A stretch of 64,000 nt of DNA from Bugula neritina (taxonomy: Eukaryota; Animalia; Bryozoa), in NCBI GenBank assembly GCA_964035545.1, contig OZ037766.1:32788773-32852772 (forward strand). Direction: 5' to 3'. Below the pieces are notes generated by a model, which was given only the letters and a program-made list of their open reading frames with translations, was not told the DNA's origin and did no database searches. Positions 34,449-45,459 of this stretch are shown in pieces. The translations under genes were made by a program, and so were the position numbers. How positions within the stretch are numbered: the first letter of the stretch is position 1; every line of letters starts with the position of its first letter.

Positions 34449-37165
34449 CCTTATTTTTGGCAAACTCCAGGTCTGTTAAGGGGAAAACGGCCGAAGTTCA
34501 ATTCATTACATCTGAATATGATATAGTTTGTTTAGTAGAAACACATATTGATGACACTATAAACAACTGTGACATTCTCTCTAGCCAAAGCAAGACCATA
34601 TTTAGATGGGATCGTAATATTCATGGTGGCGGGGTCCTTATAGCAGCAGCGAATTCGCTTCAGCCAACTAAAGTTGAACTAGACACTTTGGGCGAAGAAA
34701 TGGTTGTAGTACAGATCAAACATAGCATTATAATATGCTGCTACTATAGACCAAACATATCAATGCTAAACATGGCAGCTTTGAGAAATGTCATTGAACA
34801 CATCACCAACAAATACCATCATCATTCCATCATTCTTGTTGGTGACTTTAACCTCCCTGAAATAGACTGGGAAACCAGAAAACTAAAATATGGTGCAAAA
34901 TTCAAGTCTGTACACTTGGACTTTCTCACCATGTTATTTGAAAACAGGATGCAACAACTTGTTACGCAACCCACTCATATTCACGGTAATATCCTGGATT
35001 TAATCTGTACCAATAACACAGCGTTAGTCACAGATATTGATATAATATCTCCGGGTCTCAGTGATCACTACATCGTCACTGCAGTGCTTACCTGCCATAG
35101 ACCAAATCTCTTAAAAACACAACCGAAAACAATTAAACTATACAAAAATGCAAATATAACTGGTTTCAGAGACAGTATGCAAACTGTCTGTAACAAACTT
35201 AAGGACATGTCAGACCCGGACAACATGTGGCTCCTTTTTAGAGAAGGTCTTGCGCAGGCTTGCAAAGATCACATTCCTACAAAAGTTTTAAAATCAAAAA
35301 ACTCTCGCTGGCCTGTTTGGTTTGATAAGGAGGCAAAGAAGCTTGCTCAAAAGCAAAGAAAAACTTGGTTTAAGTATAAAAAAACAAGGGATGTGTTTTT
35401 CTTGGAGAAGTATAAAACAGAGCGAAAATCTTGCAAAAAATTGCTTCGTCACAAAAAGAGGAACTATGTAGTTGAGAAGGTATGTAAACCATTAGAGAGG
35501 GGAAATTCCAAGCCTTTTTTCAAACACCTGAGGCAAAAAACTGGTCAAGATAATATTTCCATGTCTCTTACTGACCCTGATACTAATCAACTAACTGACA
35601 ACTCACTGAGATGCGCTGAAATCCTGAACAGTTATTTTTATAGTCAGTTCTGCCAAGATCACCAGGTGTCACAATATCCAAATTATAGCAGTGATACTCA
35701 TAACATATGCATATCCATCAAGGGGCTTGAGTCACTTATTAGAGGATTGGCAAATGGTAAATCACCGAGGCCAGACGGCATAAGAAAACCAGACCTATTA
35801 GTTGATACTGAAATAAATGCCACTTGTCTTCAGCACATATACCATGCCTCACTTAAATCTGGAAAACTACCAAGAGAGTGGAAACTTGCTAATGTAACCC
35901 CAATACATAAAGGAGGAAGCAAGGAATCACCACAGAATTATAGGCCTATCTCTCTCACAAGCATTCCGTGCAAAATGCTTGAGCACATAATCCTGCACTA
36001 CCTGAATGCAACCCTTGACAATATACTTCACAACAGGCAGCATGGTTTTCGGAAGGGAATGTCATGCGATACTCAGCTGTGCTCAACATACCATGACATT
36101 GCCAAGGCGCACGACCAATCACAAGACACACATGCAATTGTTCTAGACTTTAAAAAAGCATTTGACAAAGTCCCCCATTCCCTACTGCTACTGAAACTAC
36201 GTCGCATTCCAGAAGTTAACCCACAGATTATAAATTGGATTCAAGATTTCATCACCAACAGAAAACAGAGAGTTGTAATCAAAGGCTCATGCTCAACTGA
36301 GCTCCCAGTAACATCGGGCGTCCCCCAAGGATCTGTACTAGGACCCACACTATTCTTGGTTTATATTAACGATTTACCAAGTTGTGTCAATTGTTGTGTC
36401 AGTCTTTATGCAGATGACACCCTGTTGTACCAAAGAGTAAACTCAGAAGCAGATGCTGCAGACTTCCAGGTCAATATCGATGCAGTATATAACTGGTCCC
36501 AACAGTGGAAGATGCCTTTTAATGAAAGTAAATGCCATGCTATATCATTTGGTCGCCAAACAAGCCTTCCATCTTATAAGCTTGGGAGTACACCTGTCCA
36601 ATGGACTGAAGAGACCAAGTATCTCGGTGTGACCATGCAGAGTAATCTAAAATTTGACCAACACATTGTGCTGAAATCACAAAAAGCTAGCAGAGTCCTA
36701 GGAGCAATAAAGTTTGCTCTCCATGATGCTCCAAAAAATGGCAAACTCTTGGCTTACACCAGCCTCTGCCGTCCATTGTTGGAGTATGCAGATACCCTCT
36801 GGGATCCTTACTTAAAAACCACCATACATAATATAGAAATGGTTCAGAATCGTGCTGTGAGGTTCATATCAGGTCTCAAGGGGCGAGAGAGTGTTAGTGA
36901 CGCTCGATGCGAACTGGGTCTACTACCATTGCAAACGAGGCGTAAAAATCATAGGCTCACACTATTGACACGTATTCTACAGTCTGAAGCCACGCACAGT
37001 ACACTTTCATCAGACTATGATGAGGTTGTGGAAAATCGCTCTCTCATGTCCGTAACTACGAGATCAGCAACCCAAGGTTTACCCAACTCCATTTCTTCTC
37101 ACTCTAGCTGTTACCACCAAAGTTTCTTACCAAGAACGATACGCGACATGAGAGGATTTACCTAG
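34379..37165 (+). CDS. LINE ORF2: AP endonuclease + reverse transcriptase (928 aa, open)
   Basis: APE motifs NSRS, VETH, GGGVLI, YYRP, GDFN, LDL and SDH; RT motifs NYRPISLTS, QHGF, DFKKAFD, GVPQGSVLGP, YADD and KYLGV. Confidence 0.96.
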   Translation: MSATLGGMEASDAGIKQCSESPLALFLANSRSVKGKTAEVQFITSEYDIVCLVETHIDDTINNCDILSSQSKTIFRWDRNIHGGGVLIAAANSLQPTKVELDTLGEEMVVVQIKHSIIICCYYRPNISMLNMAALRNVIEHITNKYHHHSIILVGDFNLPEIDWETRKLKYGAKFKSVHLDFLTMLFENRMQQLVTQPTHIHGNILDLICTNNTALVTDIDIISPGLSDHYIVTAVLTCHRPNLLKTQPKTIKLYKNANITGFRDSMQTVCNKLKDMSDPDNMWLLFREGLAQACKDHIPTKVLKSKNSRWPVWFDKEAKKLAQKQRKTWFKYKKTRDVFFLEKYKTERKSCKKLLRHKKRNYVVEKVCKPLERGNSKPFFKHLRQKTGQDNISMSLTDPDTNQLTDNSLRCAEILNSYFYSQFCQDHQVSQYPNYSSDTHNICISIKGLESLIRGLANGKSPRPDGIRKPDLLVDTEINATCLQHIYHASLKSGKLPREWKLANVTPIHKGGSKESPQNYRPISLTSIPCKMLEHIILHYLNATLDNILHNRQHGFRKGMSCDTQLCSTYHDIAKAHDQSQDTHAIVLDFKKAFDKVPHSLLLLKLRRIPEVNPQIINWIQDFITNRKQRVVIKGSCSTELPVTSGVPQGSVLGPTLFLVYINDLPSCVNCCVSLYADDTLLYQRVNSEADAADFQVNIDAVYNWSQQWKMPFNESKCHAISFGRQTSLPSYKLGSTPVQWTEETKYLGVTMQSNLKFDQHIVLKSQKASRVLGAIKFALHDAPKNGKLLAYTSLCRPLLEYADTLWDPYLKTTIHNIEMVQNRAVRFISGLKGRESVSDARCELGLLPLQTRRKNHRLTLLTRILQSEATHSTLSSDYDEVVENRSLMSVTTRSATQGLPNSISSHSSCYHQSFLPRTIRDMRGFT

Positions 37166-38209
37166 CTTACCTATCAATTTTCTTTTTAAATATCACTATC
37201 TAAATTGAATAATATCAGCGGTAATGCGGAAGCACTAAAAAAAAAAAACGGAACACTCACTGTCACACACATGAGGCGCTCTACTAACGTCATATGATGG
37301 TCAAGAGCGTTCTACCTCATCAGAGGTAATCAGAGGTAATAAGTATGAGTATTTAGTATTACTATTACTATTAGTATTAGTACTCATACTGATACTGAGC
37401 GCAAAGCTAAATCCAATCACAATGAATATGATTCACTCCCTCCCACTCACACTCACTCATCACTATCGGTGAGAGTTTCAATTAATAATTATATTCATAT
37501 TCATATTTGATATTGCCATTGCGTCTGAAAATGTAATTTCAGCTTTAATATCGACATTTTATTCTAATTATTTAATTTTAAAATCGTAAATATGGTCATG
37601 CATGATGATAAGGATTGTCATTATGATTATGATTATGATATTCATACTGAATTTGATTATCAACATTTACTTACACTTTTAGTTTTAGCAACGTTTATAT
37701 TATTAATATTATAATTATACTCCTCCTATTTCGCTAGCAGGATTATTTCATTTTTGGGTTTCCCAATTGCGGATATTAAGCCTGGGTTTATTAGAAATTT
37801 TTTTTTCTACTCATTGCTAAGAGAGAAAGAAGACCTCCATTTACAACTTTAAGAAATTGAAAAATACTCACAGTCTCTAACTTTTACACTTTTACAAATC
37901 CGGAAATGCATTGGTGTAAAACAACGAAAGCTGCTTGAAACAGCACCGAGTTTGTGGTTACTGAGTGCATTGGTTCTGTTTCGTATACGTATGCATATTT
38001 AAATACTGTACTTGATTACCCCCAACATGGTGCTACTTCTATCAATATTCTAATCTAGCTGTCAGGCTTGAACATTGACTTGTGAAAACTAAAATAGCTA
38101 ATAATCAGTTAGTTGTTCTATTTCAACCTTTGTATTCACAATGCTATTTTAATATAAAAAGACACTTGAAATTTTAATATACCTTATCATGTTTTACGTA
38201 GAAATTATT

Positions 38210-39060
38210 TGTGCCATTTATCATTATCATATTCAGTTTCATATTCATATTCATATTGATATTGATATTCAATATGAATATCATTATGATTAATGATTAC
38301 CATTATGATTATCATGAGTATGACTATGAGTATTGTGATATTCAATTTCATATTGATATTGTGATATTAATATTTGTTATCAATATCATTATGGTTTTGG
38401 CTTACACTTACAGTTCCACATAGTCGCATACTCATACTGATACACTTTAAGTTCAACTTACACAGTTAGTGTTACTGTTACACTGTTACTGTTAGTGTTA
38501 CTGGCACTGTTAGTTTATAGTGATAGTGCTAGCTCATACTTCATAGTGCTAGTGTTGCACTTACACTTTGACTTACAGCTACTGTTACTCTTACTCTTAC
38601 AGTTACTTTTAGTTTTAGTATTACTGTTAGTGTTAGTCCTAGAATTAATGATACTTTAATTCTTAGTCATACTTTTTGTCTTAGTCTTATACTTGGAGTT
38701 AGAAGTTGCAACTCTTTTTTTTATCTATTGACTTTCACTTTGAGTAATTGGCCATTAACTGTTGAGTATCAACATTTATAATTACTTTAATATTATGATT
38801 ATGGTTTTCATTATGTTTGTTACTGTGACATTATGGTAGTTATACTCAGTAATTACTGCTTATTAGTAGTATTATAATTGATATTATTATTACCATATAT
38901 ATTTTATTGGCTATTAACTATTAACTTCAAGAGTGAAAGTGGGTAATTTCTAGTACTATTCTCATCAGACGTAGTATTTTTAATACCTATACTAAAAGTA
39001 TAGGTATTAAAAATATAATGATAATGATATAATGATAATATAATGATAATGATTATTATT
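38210..39060. repeat. Cryptic period-3 AT-rich low-complexity tract
   Basis: attatc, agtgtt and actgtt runs. Confidence 0.75.
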
Positions 39061-39061
39061 A

Positions 39062-39902
39062 GCCTGTAACACTATACTATATACGCATATATCTAAAGAC
39101 GAAGACAAGGAAAATTTGCAAAATGACCTTAACGCTCTACACAACTGGAGTATTAACTCCATGAAATTCAATGCAACAAAAAGCAACATCATTGTGTTTG
39201 ATAAAAGCCCTAAACCTATAACGCACACTTATTATTTGAGCAACGAACAATTAGTACAAAGTAGCTGTGTAAAATACCTAGGAATCTATTTGGTACATGA
39301 TCTAAAGTGGGATTATCACATAAACTCAGTAGTCAATAAAGCAATGCGTATTTTAGGATTAATCAAAAATGTACTCTATGATGCTCCAGTTAAAGTTAAG
39401 CTCATAGCATACACTACCCTGTGTAGACCGCTTCTAGAGTATGCCTGCGAAATTTGGGATCCTGCACATCTCATGCTAAGCAACAATCTAGAGAAAGTTC
39501 AAAACAAGGCAGTACGTTTTGTAAAAAACTTAAAAGGCTGGGATGTCTCAGTGACCGAATCTAAGGCGGAGTTAAACTTAAAGGCTTTAAATAAATCCAG
39601 ACAAGAACACAGATTCACGCTATTCTTCAAAGTGTTGCAGCATGAAGCATTCTTCCCTAACCTAATTAACACTCTTAACTCCATGAAATCTCTCCGTAAT
39701 ACCAATATTGGGGACAGTAACTCTTTTAATTCAATATCCTGTAATACTAATAATTTCCTGCATAGCTTCCTCATTAGAACAGCCCGTGAACTACGCACGG
39801 GAGAAACACTAGCAGACTAATAAAAAAAAGACCTGAACATCCGATAGTTCCACCTTTCCCCTATTTGGGGTCTTGGAACTAAATCAAGACAAGACAAGAC
39901 AA
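39062..39902 (+). mobile_element. 5'-truncated CR1-group LINE of a different subfamily (RT C-terminus + tail)
   Basis: LQNDLNAL..W..MKFNATKS, KYLGI, RPLLEYACEIWDP, LEKVQNKAVRFV and SFLIRTAREL motifs; the tail ends in (CAAGA)3. Confidence 0.9.
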
Positions 39903-40397
39903 CTCACCACTCAGTTTAGCTGCAGTTTATTACCACTGACAACACATCAACTGCTTGTATAAACATTGTCCCTGTTAATATATTAGTTATTTATGTGCAT
40001 AGGGATAAAGAGAATATTAAGTAGTAAAATCTGTTTAAATGTTAGATTTATTTTCAAAACAGTAGAAGCAAAGTTACTGCAATTTTGCATTTATGCACCT
40101 TAAAGTTTGAAGCTTGTATTCCCATAGTTTGGATAATTTTAGCACTTTAGTGAATTATACTTTATGAATAATGTATTGTTTATAATGTTTGCTGTCTACT
40201 CAATAATTTTGAGAAAAATTAACAAGGTTGAGAAGTTCTTCAACTGTAAATACATCTATTACTAGTGATCATTGCGTATAGATTCACTATCTGTATTTTA
40301 AACACCGTATATTTTTTACTCCAAGTCAACATTTCATAACATTTTTGTCTTTCGTGCTTGTAGAAAGTTGGAGAGGAGATGTAGAGTTTAAGGCAAT

Positions 40398-43300
40398 ATG
40401 TTGGCTTTACTCCTTTTGGGGTTTTTGTCTGGTGTGGCGTTCATGTTAGCCTTGCTGCTGGTTCTAATACTTTACTTGACTAACATTTACCAAGGCACAA
40501 GTTTACCCAACCCTGTTAAGACTCAGGAGTTTACGTCTTCACAGATACCAAAGGTGTGTGTTAGTACAAGATTGATTCCCACACACTGCAGTATTATATG
40601 CTATTATATGTGCATTATATAGGAATTTATTGTATTCATATTGTACTCAGAAGTTTTAGCTATGAAGATTATTATGATATAGAAATATGCCACAGTTTAC
40701 AAGATGCTGTGACTTTAGTAATCGTTATCTAATGATTGAGATACAAGTATTTTAACCATTTCCAGTTTTTCCACAATATACTAATCTAGTTCTACCATCT
40801 GGCATATTTTCGACTGATTAATTGAACTTAGTAAAAGTTTCTGAAGTATTTGATGAAAGAATAATCCATGTCATGTAGACTACTGATGAGTTGTAGAGAC
40901 TTTATATACTTTTGAATTTCACTAAACTGTGCCTGCTAATTACATTACTAAAGACTGATTCACAATTTGCAATCACCAAGTTGGATGATACGTTAAATTT
41001 GTCGCTGCTCTAGAATTATTGTAAACATAGGGTCAGCTATCTGGCATTATGATTATGGAGAAGTATAGTTTATTGTTCAGGAGGACACAACTACGTATGA
41101 TAAAGTACTGTGAATGATTTACCTTCACCTTTATTATGATAGAGCATAGCATGATGTGAACTTAGATACATATTAACACTAACAGTTGTTGAATATCAAA
41201 ACATAATGTAATTTAAAATCAAATTCTATTCTTTAATTCTTGCCCATTGCATGCATTGACCTTCTATACAAGCTGTAAACTATTTATAATATAATATTGT
41301 TATATAAGAATTGTCTTCTCTTCACAAGTTCAAGGTAAATTTATTAGTCTGTATTCTTGTAGAGTTTAGCAGAGTTCTGTGCAGAAAGAGTGAGTCATGA
41401 TAATTCAGAGAGGGCGGATGTTGGGGTGAACCTGGTGTTGATGTTTCTATTCCAAGAGATGAAGAATACAGACAAACTGCGCAAGTATGCTGGCATTTCT
41501 GCTCTAGCAAGTGTCAACTGTCACTACGTAGTGCAGTTTCAATTGTCAAATTTTAAACTGTGGAATTGTTGAGGAGGGGGTTTGCGTCATTCCTTTGTAA
41601 AACCCTTTGTGGTATCTATTAGTTAGTACTGGTATTTAGTTAGTACTGGTATTAACTTAGTACTAGTATGTTTTAGTACTGGTATGTAGTTATTATCAGT
41701 ACATAGTTTGTACTAGTGTGTAGTAAGTTGTTATAGTGACAACGGACACATCCAGGCATGCAGTTAGACTTACAACTGGATAGTATTTCACTTATATTAA
41801 ACAGCGAGTCACACAAAGAAATGGGATGTTTCACTCTGCTGATCACACTACTTCAGTTTGAAAATATGTTGAGTTAACCGCTGGTCAGTGTACACTGTAC
41901 AGTGTTTGATGATCAACTGCTAACTTAGAAAAATATACATGTATCTAATCTAATTGTGGAGAGACGAGTGTTTGGATCTGTTAGTTTCTCAATGATCACA
42001 TCTTGTGACTCTTATAGGATAGAAACTCTCTGCACTAGTATCAGCCTTTCAACTGCAGCTCCTTTCTTTTTCCAATAACCCCTTTTTGAGACTCAGCGTT
42101 TAAAAACCCTCTATTTTCGTTTCCCTCTCCACTACTGTCAATGACGGCTCTGGCATGTGTTTGCAGGTGGTTTAAAGAAAAGGTAGAAGTGGAGCTGCAG
42201 GAAATCAAGTGTCACCCCGCACTTCGGTATGTTTTACGAGACCTAAGGCTAAAGAGTTTTGACCTTGGGAGTAGTCTGCCCATGATAAAGTTGGTGAAAG
42301 TAAATACGGAGCCCGAAGTGAAAGCTGATGGGAGAATAGAGGTGTGTTTACTACTGTGCACTATACACGTTGCTCTGTGGGCAGCTAAGCGTTCACTATA
42401 GCAGCTCTTGCAGAATCATTTCTCAATCATATCCCTACTAGAAGTAATCATGTGGATTGCTTTGCTGTGATGAGAATATAATTGGAGTTATTTCTGTGTT
42501 TATTTGTATAAGACAAACTGACTGCCATTGCAGAGTTCACTCCATCATATAACACAGTTTCTCCACTAGTCCTTGTAACAAGTCTACTTCCTGTCTAGTG
42601 ATATTGGGTCTGTAACTCACTGAGAATTAGTTCTGTTGAAGCTTTTATCAAAAGTAGATTTTAAATAAATCTGAAAAATATAGAAGATGGTTTGTATTAG
42701 TTTACGCTTGTATACACTGAGGCTGTCAGCTGCCTCTACAACTCATCAAAGTTGGTGATTTGCTGTAATACTTGACATTCTGCTAATGAATTTTTCATTT
42801 GATGTTCGGAAACCACAACTACAAATTCGTATCAGCATCCATTCAGCAACATAGTGATAGTGGATGCATAGTCTATAGCTTATATAACTTTGTCAAGTTC
42901 TAACAAATTGCAAAGACTTTCAATTCTATTCAAAAGCAGTTCAACCAGAGTATAATTGTGAAACATTAAAGTTTGACTATTCACGTTGACTATTCACATT
43001 GACTATGCTATGCCAGCATGTTTTATCTCTTATTGAAACTCTTTCACAGTTGATGACCCAACATTGTGTGCTAATCTGTCCTGTGCTAGTCTCTACTTTG
43101 TGCTCAACTGTTTATCGGTTGCTAGGCAGCTTCTTATAGGTTGCTAGGTAGTCTCTAGAGAGGTATCTATAGCAACTCTGGAGACTTACAGATGGGCTGG
43201 CAGTATATAGATCTATAATATACCACTCGTACTTTTGATATATAAGGATCTAATGCTAGAAACTATCTACCTACACTGTTAAACACTCTGCTATCTACTT

Positions 43301-45279
43301 TATATTAGTATATTACTCTGCTATTTACTTTATAATAGTATATATAATATCACACTTTATCATTTCACTTGTTATTCACATAGTAGAATAGTTTATCAAC
43401 TTCCTATTATCTATTATGTTCATATTTTCTGTTTTATGATCTTGTAGACTCTGGACTTAATATTGGACATCAGCTATTCGGGGCAGGCCACAGTGTCCCT
43501 CCATGCCTTGGTGTCATTTGATAGGAACCTCATGTTCAGCTGTAAGGTCATGTCCTTATCTGGTCAAGGTCGTTTGAGGTTCACTCGACACCCGTATACT
43601 AACTGGTCTTTCAGCTTTATTTCTGTGAGTAGAATGTATTTACTGCAGTTCTTGGTGTACTAGGTTATAGGTGTTCTGGTGGGGAGATAATTCCTTTAAT
43701 AACTGAGAAATAAATCTCCTACCACATTGTCCAATGAGCTCTTTTTACTTTGCTCTATCAGACCAATCATAGAAAGATATTTAGTGAAAGGCACTTCATT
43801 ATGTTGAGTTGTCCCCCCACCTGTACACTGAAAGTGGAAACAGCTGGTACAAAGCATCAAACTCTTATACTATGTTGCTGATGCAAGTAGAAGTATTAGC
43901 TAAGTATAACTTAGTAATATTAGTTATCTCCCCTGACAGGCAAGTGATATTATAGAATACAAAGTAATTTATTATGGAATCAGTTCACTAGTTACTACTT
44001 TGCAGGAGCCGACAATTTCGCTGGACCTCAAGAGTAATGTGAATGGTAGGAATGTGCCTCAGGTTATCATTCCTCTACTTACTAACCAGGTGAGCGACTG
44101 ACACTACTCACTCAGCACTCACTCACTAATTCACTGAGTCACTCACTAATTCACTGAGTCGCTCACTCATTACTTACTCTCTACTCACTCAGCACTTTTC
44201 ATTCACTATATACTCATTCATAGATGAAAAGAAAGGAATTGGGAATTTTTTTAAAACAAGCTGTCACAGCAAAGTATCTGTAAATCTTATACTGAATAAT
44301 ATCGGCATATCAACTGTTGGAGTTGCAACTTTATGTTGATTTGCAGATAAAAAGAGTTATTCGTAAGAAGCACACACTACCAGCATATAAAATAAGAATT
44401 AAACCCTTCTTTGGAGCTGCAATGTACACACAGAGCGTATCTCGACGTCTGCCTAATCTTAGTCAGGCTCTAGAGGTCATTGTAGTCTCTGCCAGCCGTC
44501 TTGTGTTTGACTACGCTAACAGCTCCGGCATATTTGCAGTCATATCATCAGGTGTGTGAAACGTGTGCACTGCTCATCATGTGACATGTCATGTGACGTG
44601 TCATGTGACATCTCTTCTCTACCTTTTATTTCATTAGTAAGTCACAAAGTGTCAAACTGCTCTGTGGCTAATATAGCAAAACCTTTTCAATATATCTCAA
44701 AGAAAGCTACTCAAGCTGAAGTCTTCAATTGTATCTAAGAAATTGTGTAGTGAAACCTTCACATAAAGCACATTTAGTTATTCAACCAGCTGATAGCATT
44801 GAACAACAATAATCTAAGAATGCATAGCCCTTGTTCCTACCATTGTTTCTAGACTCAGAGAAATATTTGCCTAAGCTCCCTTACACAGAACATTCTACTA
44901 CGGTGAAGCTTTCTGGGCCCCCCAACCAGCGAGCTACTGGTCTTTCCATTAAGAAATCCGCTCATCGTTTAACTAAGAAAGATGCCATTATAGTGGACAA
45001 GGTGAAACAAGGCAGCGCTGCTGGACTTGCTGGTCTGGTGAAGGTCAGCATTTCTATCTCGTTGAGCTTACAACTCCCTATTGAATGACATTATTTACCA
45101 TAGTAATGTTTCTGTACTCAATGTTTATATTCTTCAGGGTGATATTATCACACATATAAACTACGAACTTCTCACCATAATGTCCTCATCTCACACCAAG
45201 TTTCTACTTACGGATCCCAGTGCTGAAAGGTAAAGTTACTAAGTACTAGCACTAGTACTAGTACTACTACTATTACTAG

Positions 45280-45326
<47 letters not shown>

Positions 45327-45356
45327 ACCAGTACTACTACTACTAACCAGTACTAC

Positions 45357-45388
<32 letters not shown>

Positions 45389-45410
45389 TTACTACTACTA
45401 GTAATAATAA

Positions 45411-45459
<49 letters not shown>

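Larger units (their letters stand above)
33430..37340 (+). mobile_element. Near full-length CR1-group LINE (PHD-finger ORF1 + APE-RT ORF2)
   Basis: Two overlapping ORFs and a 3' UTR ending in (CAGAGGTAAT)2. The 5' boundary is approximate and no TSD was found. Confidence 0.93.

Noticed and set aside
34379-37165. Bacterial retron, group II intron or DGR reverse transcriptase
   Set aside because: The N-terminal AP endonuclease, PHD ORF1 and short-repeat tail identify an animal non-LTR retrotransposon.
15470-40400. Splice acceptors just upstream of the ATG in paralog A, paralog B, URAD and PDZD8 as evidence of spliced-leader trans-splicing
   Set aside because: Plausible upstream donors exist for at least three of them (about 15132 GTAAGT, about 32789 minus-strand GTAAGT, about 37989 GTATGC), so ordinary 5'-UTR introns suffice.
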